Positions 53,265 to 62,843 are shown, counted from the stretch's first letter. The stretch is 64,000 bases of DNA from Candidatus Xenobia bacterium (GCA_045863235.1 BTUM01000004.1:88621-152620); one strand, 5' to 3'. Made by a program: numbers and translations. Notes: generated by a model from the sequence alone, not told the origin.

Positions 53265-54827
53265 ATGCTCACGGCAGTCCAGCCCGCTTGCGGGCACAGC
53301 ATAAAACATCGCTACTTCAGCCAGGACCCCCTGACCGAGCAGCTCATGACGACCAGCATGCCTGCCGATGGCGTGTCGCTTGGCCCTGAGAACGCTCGCT
53401 TGAAGGTCGACGACCCCGGTCAGCCGGTGGCTGCCCCGGACGAGAACGGCAACATGCTCTATGTGCCGACCGACCCTCGCTTTGCCCAGGTGCAGACCTT
53501 CGTGGCCGCCGACCGCTCGCTTCGCTTCTTCGAGCGCCACCTGCAGCGCAAGCTCGACTGGGCTTTCGGGCGCGAGCAGATGCTGATCCACCCCCACGCC
53601 GGCAACACCATCAACGCCTTCTACAACCGTCAGGAAGGCTCCATCAACTTCTACACCTTCAACGCCCAGGAGCTGGGCAAGACCATCAACTCCGGACACT
53701 CGGCCGAGATCGTCGCCCACGAGTCGGGCCACGCGCTGCTCGACGGGGTGCGGCCCGAATGGATCAACTGCCTGGAGGACGCCACGGGGGGATTCCACGA
53801 GGCTTTCGGCGACATCCTGGCCTTCCTGGTGGCCCTGGAGGAGCCGCGCAACCTCGACAAGGTGCTGGCCGAGACCGGGGGCGACCTCAAGCGCCCTAAC
53901 TCGGTGGCCCGACTGGCCGAGGAGGTTTCCCGGGCCCTGTGGGACGAGCTCGACATGGAGCGCCCCCACCACGACTACCTGCGCAATGCCAACAACGCGC
54001 TGGTGAACGCTGACCCCACCACCCTGCCCCCCGATCCGCCCAACGAGAGCGAGCTCGGCCGGGCCGTGCACAACTACTCGCGGGTGATGACCGGAGCGGC
54101 TTGGGACGTACTCGATTCGTTCCACCGCCAGTATCAGGCCCAGGGGTTCGGCGTGCGCCAGAGCCTGGAGAAGGCCCGCGAGACGGTGGGAGCGCTGGTC
54201 ATCCGCAGCCTGGACTTCTGCCCGGTGGGTCACTTGCCGTCGTACGGCGACTTCGCCCGGGCTCTGCTCGAGGTGGATCGGCGCGACTTCGACGGCCAGC
54301 ACCGCGAGATGCTCACCAATCTGATGCAGGCCCGCAACATCCACCCGCCGGAGCAGCAACCGGTGCCCGCGCTGACTCTGCCCGAGGACGGCACGACGCC
54401 GTTTGGAGCCCAGCGTTTCCTGGAGCTGCACAGAGACGAGCTGGGCATCGCTCCCGAGGTGCCTCTGACCTTCGAGCGTTCCTACGCCAATGAGCTGGGC
54501 GAGCGGTTCGTCCTCTATCGCTACGATCGCAACGTGGCCGTGCGAGAGGACCTGAGCGCGGTGGCCCAGGGTGGGCTGTTGCTGGTCTTCGATGGGGACG
54601 GGAGCTTGAGCTACCGGCACTTCAACGAGCTGACCCCGGCCGCCGAGGGGCGCCTTCGCGAGGCGGCTCTGTCCCAGCTAGCGGCCGGGCAGATCCGCAC
54701 CGACAGCGTGCTCTCGGGCGAGGTGGACCTGTCTGGCATGCTGCAAGAGGACGGTCAGCCCTACCAGGGCTACCTGTCGGTGGAGCCGCAGGGCACAGTC
54801 ATCAAGGCCAGCCCGGTTCGCGCCTGA
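53265..54827 (+). CDS. Putative zinc metalloprotease (HExxH)
   Basis: 520 aa. The zinc-binding motif is EIVAHESGHALLDG, with a downstream EAFGDILAF as a possible third ligand. Balanced composition, unlike the antisense ORF 53100..54620. No obvious signal peptide. The start could be at MTTSM. Confidence 0.6.
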   Translation: MLTAVQPACGHSIKHRYFSQDPLTEQLMTTSMPADGVSLGPENARLKVDDPGQPVAAPDENGNMLYVPTDPRFAQVQTFVAADRSLRFFERHLQRKLDWAFGREQMLIHPHAGNTINAFYNRQEGSINFYTFNAQELGKTINSGHSAEIVAHESGHALLDGVRPEWINCLEDATGGFHEAFGDILAFLVALEEPRNLDKVLAETGGDLKRPNSVARLAEEVSRALWDELDMERPHHDYLRNANNALVNADPTTLPPDPPNESELGRAVHNYSRVMTGAAWDVLDSFHRQYQAQGFGVRQSLEKARETVGALVIRSLDFCPVGHLPSYGDFARALLEVDRRDFDGQHREMLTNLMQARNIHPPEQQPVPALTLPEDGTTPFGAQRFLELHRDELGIAPEVPLTFERSYANELGERFVLYRYDRNVAVREDLSAVAQGGLLLVFDGDGSLSYRHFNELTPAAEGRLREAALSQLAAGQIRTDSVLSGEVDLSGMLQEDGQPYQGYLSVEPQGTVIKASPVRA

Positions 54828-56019
54828 CCCCGGGCACCTGTTCGCGTGACAGGAGGCCATAGCCCAGTGCAGCCACGCCCAGCGTGGCGCAGCCCAGCCC
54901 CAGCAGCATGGCGCGGGGGCCGACCAGGCCCACCAGGGGAGAGGCCAGCGTCACCCCGAGCGGTGCCGCCAGGCCCACCATGGCGAACAGGCTGGAGAAG
55001 ACGCGACCGTGCATCTGCGGGGGAGTCGTGCGCTGCACCAGGGTGATCACCACGGCGTTGCCGGGCGCGACCCCGAAGCCCGCCAGCGCAGCCAGCAGCA
55101 CGCTCACGGGCAGGTTGGGGGCAACCGACATCAGGGCGAAGGCCGCTCCCAGGAGGCCCATGCCGGCGTAGATCACAGTGGCCGGTCGCAGCCGGCGAGC
55201 CAGGGGAGCGGCGGCCAGAGAGCCCAGCACCATGCCGGCGCCCACTCCGCCCATGAGCCAGCCGAAGCCCTGCGGGCCGGCCCTCAACGCGCGCTCGGAG
55301 AAGACAGGGAAGAGCACCGCAAAGGGCATGGCCAGGAAATTCCCCGCCATGGCGGTCAGAAAGACCAGCCTCAAGAAGCGGCTGCGCAAGAGGTAGCTCA
55401 GTCCCTCGCGGGCCTCGGCCAACAGCTTTCGAAGCGTCAGGGGAGAGGTAGCTCCCGGCTCGGGCCGCCCGCGCATGAAGGCCAGAGCCAGGGCCGAGAC
55501 GACGAAGGAGGCGGCGTCGATGTAGAGGACGTGTACGGGGCTGCTCAACCAGGCCACCAGCAGTCCGGCCAGCACCGGCCCGAACAGGGAAGCCGCCTGG
55601 GCGGTCATCTCGGCGTAGGCGTTGGCCTCGGTCAGGTCGTCCTCCTCCACCAGCCGGGGGATGAGCGATTTCTCGGCCGAGTAGAACATCAGGCTGAGGC
55701 TGGAGACCAGGAAGGTCACGGGAAAGATGATCCAGGTCTGAGCGGTCAGGGGGATGAGCAGCACGAGCAGCCCGCGCAGCAGGTCCACTGCGATCATCAA
55801 GGCCCGGCGCGGGAAGCGGTCGACCACCACTCCGGCCCACCACCCGAAGAGCGCGTTGGGAAGGATCTGGGCCAGGAAGACTCCCCCGGTAAGAGTGGTG
55901 GAGCCGGTGGTGGTCAGCACCAGCCAGGCCAGAGCCACGTAGTTGAGCTGGTTGCCGAGCTGGGAGACCAGCTGGCCGATCCACAAAAGACCGAAATCGC
56001 GCCGCCGCAGCAGGATCAT
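54802..56019 (-). CDS. MFS transporter (EntS/DHA-like exporter)
   Basis: 405 aa with 12 predicted TM segments, including ...VVDRFPRRALMIAVDLLRG.... Its start overlaps the stop of the upstream gene (ATGA). Confidence 0.8.
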   Translation of the reverse strand: MILLRRRDFGLLWIGQLVSQLGNQLNYVALAWLVLTTTGSTTLTGGVFLAQILPNALFGWWAGVVVDRFPRRALMIAVDLLRGLLVLLIPLTAQTWIIFPVTFLVSSLSLMFYSAEKSLIPRLVEEDDLTEANAYAEMTAQAASLFGPVLAGLLVAWLSSPVHVLYIDAASFVVSALALAFMRGRPEPGATSPLTLRKLLAEAREGLSYLLRSRFLRLVFLTAMAGNFLAMPFAVLFPVFSERALRAGPQGFGWLMGGVGAGMVLGSLAAAPLARRLRPATVIYAGMGLLGAAFALMSVAPNLPVSVLLAALAGFGVAPGNAVVITLVQRTTPPQMHGRVFSSLFAMVGLAAPLGVTLASPLVGLVGPRAMLLGLGCATLGVAALGYGLLSREQVPGVRREPGWP

Positions 56020-57146
56020 GGCGAGTGACGGGCGGCGGTGGCGATGAGCTCGGGCCAGCGCGAGAGCAGCTCGAGATGGCGCGCAGCGCCCTCATCCACG
56101 GCCGCCAGGCAGTCCTCTTTCTCCGACTCGATACGGGCCGCCAGGTCGCGCTCGGGGTAGAGCCGGGACAAGAAGGCCGCGAATCGCTCTTGCAGCTCGA
56201 GACGGGGGGCGCGGTCCTCTGCCCGGGGCGCGCTGCCAACCAGGCGGGCCAGCTCCTCGGGACCTTGTGGGCGCTCCTGGCGCACAGCCTGGAACACAGG
56301 CGCGTAGAGGGCGTTGTAGTCGATGGCCCGGGCCAGGCGCCACCAGTAGACGCTGTCGTCGCGGCCAGGGGGATGGCGGTGCTCGAGCACGCGTCCGTGG
56401 GCCCCCAGCGCCCAGCCGGCGCCCAGGGCCAGGGCCACGGGAAGGTTGTCCACGTCGGGGGTCTCCTCGGCCGGGGCCACCGGGAGGTGGCGAAACAGTC
56501 CCCGGTCGGTGCAAAGCCCGGGGTAAACGCTCTGGCCGGGAGCCACCCGAGCCCAGTCCTCCATGCGCGCGGGAGGTGGATGCTTGAGCGCTGCCTTGAC
56601 GGCCGGGTCGGCGAAATCAAGCTCCAGGCCCAGCAAGCGGCCGAGCTCGGCCATCAGCTCGCTCCCCCCGGTCCGATAGATGCGGTCTACATCGCAATCA
56701 CAGTCGCCAAAGTGGACCGTGCCGGCCAGATAGGGAGCCTCGGGACCGGTCAGCAAGGCGACCTCTCGCTCCACCGGGAACCACCAGCCACCCTCGGCCC
56801 GAGCCACCAGCAGCTCGTCGGCATCGCGCCGGCTGAGAGTGGTGGCTCCCAGAGCCGCCCCCACCAGGGCCACCAGGTTGGCCACCTTGCCGTAGTTGGC
56901 CACGGGCCCGGGCTGCAGGCTGGCCGAAAGCGACCCGCCCACCGCCAGGCAGAAATCGAGCAGCCAGGGCAGGGTCAGATGGCGGGCTCGAGGCAGTTCC
57001 CCCACCCGGGCCGCGTTGGGCTCCGGATCGGGGCTGCTGTCGAGCAGCACGAAGGTCAGCTCGGGAAAAGCCTCAAGCTCGGCCGACAGGGGCTCGAGCG
57101 GGCTCTCCCAGGCCCGGTTGGTGGGCACCACCAGAATGTGGCTCAT
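56016..57146 (-). CDS. Hypothetical protein (376 aa)
   Basis: ATG at 57144-57146 (MSHILVVPTNRAWESPLEPL...). The track ORF extends upstream as an Arg/Gly/Pro-rich artefact. It overlaps its neighbours by 4 nt at both ends. No recognisable domain. Confidence 0.5.
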   Translation of the reverse strand: MSHILVVPTNRAWESPLEPLSAELEAFPELTFVLLDSSPDPEPNAARVGELPRARHLTLPWLLDFCLAVGGSLSASLQPGPVANYGKVANLVALVGAALGATTLSRRDADELLVARAEGGWWFPVEREVALLTGPEAPYLAGTVHFGDCDCDVDRIYRTGGSELMAELGRLLGLELDFADPAVKAALKHPPPARMEDWARVAPGQSVYPGLCTDRGLFRHLPVAPAEETPDVDNLPVALALGAGWALGAHGRVLEHRHPPGRDDSVYWWRLARAIDYNALYAPVFQAVRQERPQGPEELARLVGSAPRAEDRAPRLELQERFAAFLSRLYPERDLAARIESEKEDCLAAVDEGAARHLELLSRWPELIATAARHSP

Positions 57147-58540
57147 CCTCGCCGATCCTCCAGCACGAAATCGAGCAGCTCCTGGCCCCAGGGAGAGGCG
57201 ACCTGAATCAGATCGGCTCTCACAGGCTCTCCCAGTCGCTGCATCCGCAAGAGATCCCCCTGGCCGCCCAGCCCCGGGAAGAAGCCGCAGTATCCGAACC
57301 CTCGCTCGCGCAAGAGGTCGATCACCGTGTCGGTGTGGGGGTCGGCCAGCTCCAGGTCGACGAGTTGCACGGGAGCCTGAATCTCGTTGAGGCAGCGCCC
57401 CAGCTCGCGCGGGGTGTTGCGGCCCACCCGCTCGACGTGGAACAGAGCCCGGCGTGAGGCGGCCTGCAACCCCCAGGTCAGGGCTCCCTGGAGTGGAGGC
57501 CGGTTGGAGGCAGGCTCGTGCAGGCGACGCTGCAGGCCCAGCTTCTCCATGGTGCGGGTCAAAATGGCGGCGTAGCCTGGTGGAAGGTGCAGCCGGCTCT
57601 CCTTCTCGGGCGTCAGCGAGCGCACCGCGATCATCAGGCTGCTGGGCTCGGGATGGGTCTCCTCGGGCCCTACCGCCCCCAGCATCAGCGCGCTCTCGCA
57701 AAAGCCAAGATCGAGCACCACCTTCTGGGCGAAGAGGTGGCTGGTCACCGGATCGGCATAGAGCTTTCGCAACTGCCGCAGCCTGGCTTGCTCCACCAGG
57801 AAGCTGACCAGCTGGCGCAAGAGGCCCTGACCTCGGTAACGGGGCACCACCGCTCCCTGGCCCATTTCGTAGATGGGGCGATCGTCGAGCATGCGGACCA
57901 GGGCGGTATGGCCCACCACCTCCCCCGAGTCGGTCACGGCCACGGCCGAGATCAAGCGGCCCTGGCGGTTCATCTCGCGCACCCACTCGGGGCGGTAGAC
58001 GTTCTCATAGCCGGTATAGCTGTAACCATAGGCCTGGTAGAGACAGCGCGAGACTCCCACCGCCTCTTCGGGCTGCACCAGCCGCACGGTGACCGGCTCG
58101 AGTGGCTCCTCGGAGACTTTCTCTTGCTTGCGCACCCGGCTGCTGAAGCGAGCCTTGAGTCGCTTCACCAGGACGATCTCGTTGCCCTGACGACCCCGGT
58201 TGATGAGCCGCACCTCGTCCATCAGGGCCCGCATGATGACCAGCCCCAGCGTGCGCGGATCGGGTCCCGGCTCGAGGCGCGAAAGCTCGTCCGAGTCCAC
58301 CGGCAGATTGCGGTCGGTCAGGCGAATGCTGAGTCCATGCCCCCCCAGCTCGAACTTGATGGTGAAGGTCTGCTCGGGGTCGAGAGCGCGCTGCACCACG
58401 AAAGAGCATGCCTCGTCCACGGCCGCCCGGATGGCCTGGCTCTCGGCCGCGGCAAAGCCCGAGCGCTCGGCGAGCTCGGCTGCGAAGGCGGCTGCGGCGC
58501 CCACGTAGAGGGGATGGGAAGGAAGCTCGAGGCGGCTCAC
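57143..58540 (-). CDS. Two-domain protein: anti-sigma-factor-like histidine-kinase-type ATPase (RsbW-like) + GNAT acetyltransferase
   Basis: GTG start overlapping the PaaK-like stop (GTGA). The N-terminus shows an HATPase_c-like pattern (...CSFVVQRALDPEQTFTIKFELGGHGLSIRLTDRN...GLVIMRALMDEVRL). The C-terminus has the GNAT motif A (VVPRYRGQGLLRQLVSFLVEQAR). Confidence 0.5.
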   Translation of the reverse strand: MSRLELPSHPLYVGAAAAFAAELAERSGFAAAESQAIRAAVDEACSFVVQRALDPEQTFTIKFELGGHGLSIRLTDRNLPVDSDELSRLEPGPDPRTLGLVIMRALMDEVRLINRGRQGNEIVLVKRLKARFSSRVRKQEKVSEEPLEPVTVRLVQPEEAVGVSRCLYQAYGYSYTGYENVYRPEWVREMNRQGRLISAVAVTDSGEVVGHTALVRMLDDRPIYEMGQGAVVPRYRGQGLLRQLVSFLVEQARLRQLRKLYADPVTSHLFAQKVVLDLGFCESALMLGAVGPEETHPEPSSLMIAVRSLTPEKESRLHLPPGYAAILTRTMEKLGLQRRLHEPASNRPPLQGALTWGLQAASRRALFHVERVGRNTPRELGRCLNEIQAPVQLVDLELADPHTDTVIDLLRERGFGYCGFFPGLGGQGDLLRMQRLGEPVRADLIQVASPWGQELLDFVLEDRRG

Positions 58541-59814
58541 AGGCTCTCGTCTCGCACCCGGCGCAGCTTGCCGCTGTGAGCCCGACGCTCGAGCCGATCC
58601 ACGCGCTCCACCCGGACCGGGTGGGTATAGCCCTGGCGCACGTGCTCGGCCAGGTTGGGCTTGCGCTGCAAGAGCAAGGCCACCACCTGCTCTTCGCTCA
58701 CGGGCTGCTCCACCTGGATCAAGAGCAGATCCCGGCCCTCAGGGCGGCGCTTGATCATCGTGAAGCTGGCCACACCTCCCAGGGCCATCCGCACGTCTTC
58801 CCAGGTCACATTCTCGTAGCCGATGCGCAGCACGTCGTCGCCCCGCCCGAGCAGCTCGAATCGAGGCGAGGCCCGACCGCAGGGGCAGTCCCCGGCCACC
58901 CAGCGTCCCAGATCGCCTACCCGGTATCGAATGACCGGCATCAGCAACCGCTCGAGGTTGGTGACCACCAGGTGCCCGGTCACTCCCGGCTCGCGAATGG
59001 GCCGGTCCTCCTCGTCCACCAGCTCCACGATCACCACCCCACCCAGCGCGTGGTGCACCCCCCCCTGGCACGAGGGGCACTGATAGCCGATCATCCCCAC
59101 GTCCACGGCTCCGTAGCCGGCCGTGGCCACCACCTCCAGGCCCAGCCCATCCACCAGCTTCCGGCGATCTTCCGGGAAGAGGTGCTCGGCGGCATAAAAG
59201 AGCTTGTTGACGCGGGTTCGGCCGCTGGCCATCAAGGCCTCTCCCAGGGCCACCATCTGGGTGGCCAGGCCCATCACCACGTTGATGGAGAAGGGCTCGA
59301 GGCAGGCCAGCACCTGCTCACGGGGGGCGTGAAAGGTGAAGGGGAACGAGGTCGCTCCCACCTCCTCCAGACCGCGATGGATGGTCAAGAAACTGGCGTA
59401 GAGCTCGCCCACGGCGAACATGTTGGCGCAGCGGTCCTGGGGACGAAGCCCCGGAGCCCACAGCGTGCGGCCGGTACTGCGCGACAAACGCCGATAGTCG
59501 GCGTGGCTGTAAAGGCTGTACTTCGGTTTGCCGGTGGTGCCCCCGCTCTGGAAGACAACCGCGCGCTCCAGGGGACCGGTCAGCAGGGCTCGAGAGCGGG
59601 GCGGGCCGTGCTCCACCAGGTCCTGGCGGGTGAGGAAGGGCAGCTCCTCCAGGCGACCACTGAGGCGCTCGCGAAAGAAGCTCGCCCGCCGGGCTCGCTG
59701 CAAGAGCTGCCGAAGTCGCGCGGACTCCAGTGCCCCGAGCTGGTCAGCCGAAAGGCCATCCAGCTGATCGAAAGGATGCTCGACCCGGGAAGACATAGCC
59801 CGTAGCATACTCAC
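58537..59814 (-). CDS. Phenylacetate-CoA ligase (PaaK)/F390 synthetase-like adenylate-forming enzyme
   Basis: 425 aa. VVFQSGGTTGKPKYSLYS (P-loop-like AMP motif), ...YGAVDVGMIGYQCPSCQGGVHH... and CPCGRASPRFELLGRGDDV. It is clearly paralogous to the C-terminal half of 49422..52049. Confidence 0.75.
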   Translation of the reverse strand: MSMLRAMSSRVEHPFDQLDGLSADQLGALESARLRQLLQRARRASFFRERLSGRLEELPFLTRQDLVEHGPPRSRALLTGPLERAVVFQSGGTTGKPKYSLYSHADYRRLSRSTGRTLWAPGLRPQDRCANMFAVGELYASFLTIHRGLEEVGATSFPFTFHAPREQVLACLEPFSINVVMGLATQMVALGEALMASGRTRVNKLFYAAEHLFPEDRRKLVDGLGLEVVATAGYGAVDVGMIGYQCPSCQGGVHHALGGVVIVELVDEEDRPIREPGVTGHLVVTNLERLLMPVIRYRVGDLGRWVAGDCPCGRASPRFELLGRGDDVLRIGYENVTWEDVRMALGGVASFTMIKRRPEGRDLLLIQVEQPVSEEQVVALLLQRKPNLAEHVRQGYTHPVRVERVDRLERRAHSGKLRRVRDESL

Positions 59815-59918
59815 ATTCGGCCCTCTGGTCTATGATCGAGGACAGGGAGGGCCATGCAAAGATCTTGCTAAACTGCGCCGAGTACCTTTGGGGCATCCAC
59901 TTCGCTCTGGAGGACCCC

Positions 59919-60938
59919 ATGCAGATCCCGCCCATCGAAACCCGGTGCAACCCGCTGGTCTGTTTCTTGCCCGCTCCGATCCTGGGGCAGCCGTCCTCTG
60001 GAACCATTGCGGGGGACTTGAACGTGCTCAGCCCCGACGTCCTCCAGATGGGCAGCTTCCTCAACGCTCCCGGTGCCCTCCAGCCCGAGCCCCAGATGGG
60101 CGGTTTCCTCAACGCCCTGGCGGCCAACTATGCCCCTCCCCAGGCGCAGGTCATGGCCCTGATACAGGGATTGCTGGCCCTGTGCCAGCTCCTGGCTGGC
60201 TGGCAGGGCTTTGCCGGCGGAGCAACCCCGCCCGGGATCCTCCCATGGCCAACCGGAATGGGCAACGCATGGCCAACCGGGACGGCCAATGGCAACGTCA
60301 GCGCTGGGATCGTGCCGGTGCTTCCCTACGACGGACAGCCCACCGGCGGCGGCATGGACCCCGAGCGCATCCATATGACCCAGGTCTTCGACCGCAAATA
60401 CAATCGTGGGGGCGCTCCTCGCAGCGCCGACTGCGGCCCGACCTCGCTGGCCATGGGGCTGGAAGCTCTGGGCTTGAATCCGCGCGGTTCGGTGCAAGAC
60501 AAGATCGATGCTGCACGCCTGGCAATGTTTCGCGGGGCGGACGCCTCCAGGGACGGATTCGACGTGGCCGGCAACAAGAGCCAGGCTGAGCACGGAACCT
60601 CCACCAACATCAGCGACTGGCGCCGAGGCGCACGCGCCGCCGGAGCCCGCAGCCGGGACGTGCGCAGCGTGGCCGACGTGGCCCGCGAGGTAAGTCAGGG
60701 GCACCCGGTCATGCTGGCCGGTCGCAACGCGGGTAACATTTATGGCCGCGGACACGGGATCTCCTTCAACGGGGGCCACGCCATCCTGGTATCCGGCTAC
60801 GACCGGGCCAGCGGCACGTTCATCCTCAACGATCCGCTCGCCCACGGGGGGCCCATCCGCGTCAATCGGGCCCAGCTGGCAGCTTTCCTCTGGGATGGTG
60901 ACGGGGGAGGCGTGGACGGGATTGCCCTGATGCGCTGA
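59919..60938 (+). CDS. Peptidase C39-like (papain-fold) domain protein with Gly/Pro-rich N-terminal region
   Basis: ATG at 59919 with SD ggagga. The C-terminal domain has the catalytic Cys in RSADCGPTSLAMGLEALG and the His in NGGHAILVSGYD. No ABC-transporter domain is attached. Confidence 0.55.
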   Translation: MQIPPIETRCNPLVCFLPAPILGQPSSGTIAGDLNVLSPDVLQMGSFLNAPGALQPEPQMGGFLNALAANYAPPQAQVMALIQGLLALCQLLAGWQGFAGGATPPGILPWPTGMGNAWPTGTANGNVSAGIVPVLPYDGQPTGGGMDPERIHMTQVFDRKYNRGGAPRSADCGPTSLAMGLEALGLNPRGSVQDKIDAARLAMFRGADASRDGFDVAGNKSQAEHGTSTNISDWRRGARAAGARSRDVRSVADVAREVSQGHPVMLAGRNAGNIYGRGHGISFNGGHAILVSGYDRASGTFILNDPLAHGGPIRVNRAQLAAFLWDGDGGGVDGIALMR

Positions 60939-61035
60939 ACCTGGCCTCCTGGCAATCTGATGTTCGTTTCCGGGGAGCACGTTTTTCCGGCGGAAACGAA
61001 AACCTGCCGAACAAAGAAGAGAAAAGCCCACCAGG

Positions 61036-61079
61036 GCGTTCTGTGAAAACTTTCACGGAGGCGAAACTCCTGCCGAACA
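61036..61079 (+). repeat. Copy B of the repeated ~42-nt intergenic motif, containing TGTGA-N6-TCACg
   Basis: gcgttctgtgaaaactttcacggaggcgaaactcctgccgaaca. It is preceded at about 60975-61010 by a hairpin tcgtttccg...cggaaacga. It lies 15-45 nt upstream of the lipoprotein gene start. Confidence 0.5.
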
Positions 61080-61092
61080 CAAGGGGGCAGGA

Positions 61093-62364
61093 GTGTGCGT
61101 TCATGCCCGCGCAACCACCCGGATGAAAAACTTCCTCTTGACCTGCTCGATGCTGCTCGCGATGGGATGCAGCGGTTCCGAAACCCTGACCGGCGGCCCG
61201 CCCGTAGTGGACAACCTGCCGCCCCAGGCCCTCCTCCCGCCGGCCGCCCCGCTCACCCTGGAGAGCAGGCCCAACCTGGGCCGCATGCCGGTTATCGCGG
61301 AGCTGGGGGAGATTCCACCCGCTCCCTTGCCTCCCAATGCTCCACCGCCGGCGGGAGCCACCTTCACCCCGCTGGGCACTCTCCGTGGAGGCGATTCCGA
61401 GGCCTACGCCATCTCGGCCGATGGCTCAACGCTGACGGGGGCGTCCATCGACCCGGCCGGAAATCGGGACGCGTTCGTCTGGACCAGGGCTTCCGGGATG
61501 CAGGCGCTGCCGAACTCGCCGCGCAAGCCACAGAGCGAAGGCCACGCACTCAACAGCAATGGCAGCAAGGTCGGTGGCCTGGGAATCCTGTTCGACATCC
61601 TGGCGGCTCAGACATGGACCGACCAGGGCGTCTTCACGCTGCCGGGGTCGGTAGCACCCAACCTGCCGCCCCAGGTCGTTTCCGACCTCTCGCTCGACGG
61701 CACCGTGGCCGTGGGAACCGCGGGTACGGGCTTCCTCGGCTATCAAGGCTTTCGCTGGATCCAGGGGGCCCCGCAGCCGCACGGTCTGGGCACGCTGGGA
61801 GCCCCTCCCGGACAGCAGCCCGGCAGCGAGGGACACGGGAGTTCGGGCGACGGCTCCGTGATCACCGGCATTAGCACCAACAAAGCCGGCGGGCTTTCGG
61901 CCTACCGCTGGGTGGCGGGCACCATGTCGGCGCTTCCGACGCTCGGAAACCTCGCCTTTAGCGATGGCTGGGAGGTGTCCGCTGACGGCAGCAGTATCGT
62001 GGGCTGGAGCTCCAATCAGCCCAATCTCGTCCCCGCCCAGGCCACGCTCTGGAATGCCAGCGGGGCGGTCTCGCTGGGCACGCTCGCCGGCTTTGAGTTC
62101 AGCTCACAGGCCTACGGGGCCTCCTCCGATGGCTCGGTCGTCGTGGGCGCGGCCGCCAGTGGTCAGAATTTCCACTCCCAGGCCGCTTTCGTGTGGGACC
62201 AGGCCAACGGCATGCGGCGCCTGCAGGACCTGCTCGGCTCGGCGGTGCCCGCCGGGTGGAACTTGCTCGTCGCCACCGCCGTCTCAGACGACGGCCAGAC
62301 TGTGGCCGGCTTCGGGCTCAACCCGCAGGGCGCGGTGGAGGCCTTCAGCGCTCAGTTGCCCTGA
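61093..62364 (+). CDS. HAF-family extracellular repeat lipoprotein
   Basis: Lipoprotein signal MKNFLLTCSMLLAMGCSG (ATG at 61123; the track start GTG 61093 is also possible). Repeated units resemble the HAF repeat (...AYAISADGSTLTGAS...DAFVWTRASGMQALP..., ...AYGASSDGSVVVGAA...AAFVWDQANGMRRLQDL...). Confidence 0.65.
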   Translation: MCVHARATTRMKNFLLTCSMLLAMGCSGSETLTGGPPVVDNLPPQALLPPAAPLTLESRPNLGRMPVIAELGEIPPAPLPPNAPPPAGATFTPLGTLRGGDSEAYAISADGSTLTGASIDPAGNRDAFVWTRASGMQALPNSPRKPQSEGHALNSNGSKVGGLGILFDILAAQTWTDQGVFTLPGSVAPNLPPQVVSDLSLDGTVAVGTAGTGFLGYQGFRWIQGAPQPHGLGTLGAPPGQQPGSEGHGSSGDGSVITGISTNKAGGLSAYRWVAGTMSALPTLGNLAFSDGWEVSADGSSIVGWSSNQPNLVPAQATLWNASGAVSLGTLAGFEFSSQAYGASSDGSVVVGAAASGQNFHSQAAFVWDQANGMRRLQDLLGSAVPAGWNLLVATAVSDDGQTVAGFGLNPQGAVEAFSAQLP

Positions 62365-62372
62365 GCACTCGG

Positions 62373-62843
62373 TCAGGCGGTCAGGAAGCGATAGGCCTTC
62401 AGATAGCGGCGCAGGCGCTCGACCGCCCTGTCGTCCAGCTCTTGCAGGCGGGTGAGGTCCATGTTGTCAAGCAGGTCAGCCAGCTTGACAGCCCGGGCTA
62501 CCGGGTGGGCGGCGCAGCGGGCCACGAACTCCTCGTAGCTGTCGCTCTCGCGCCGGGTGACCAGTTCCACCGCCTCCAACACCGGGGTCGGAAAGCCCTC
62601 CTCGCGCAAACGCTCGAGAGTCCACTCCGAGTCCTCCACCACGTCGTGCAGGAGGGCGGCCATGCGCTCGTGCTCCGAGCGCACCCTGCCCATCACCCGG
62701 ATGGGATGCAGCGCATAGGGCTGGCCGGTCTTGTCTTGTTGGGAGGCGTGGGCCTCGAGCATGATCTCCAGAGCACGTTGCACGGTAGCCACAGGGCCCG
62801 CTTCGGCGCATAGCGAACTTTGCCTTGTGCGGGGGGTGCTCAC
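62373..62843 (-). CDS. HD-domain phosphohydrolase (small stand-alone HD protein)
   Basis: HD motif ...YALHPIRVMG...ALLHDVVEDS.... The likely start is the internal M (MLEAHASQQDK) at about 62762. Confidence 0.6.
   Translation of the reverse strand: MSTPRTRQSSLCAEAGPVATVQRALEIMLEAHASQQDKTGQPYALHPIRVMGRVRSEHERMAALLHDVVEDSEWTLERLREEGFPTPVLEAVELVTRRESDSYEEFVARCAAHPVARAVKLADLLDNMDLTRLQELDDRAVERLRRYLKAYRFLTA

Noticed and set aside
53100-54620. 506-aa minus ORF
   Set aside because: It is antisense to the HExxH metalloprotease gene, which has the normal composition.
56025-59805. Plus-strand ORFs 56025..57206, 57518..58579 and 58408..59805
   Set aside because: All three are antisense to the minus-strand PaaK / ATPase-GNAT / hypothetical operon, which is chained by 4-nt overlaps.
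59868-61031. 387-aa minus ORF
   Set aside because: It is antisense to the C39-like peptidase gene (59919..60938).
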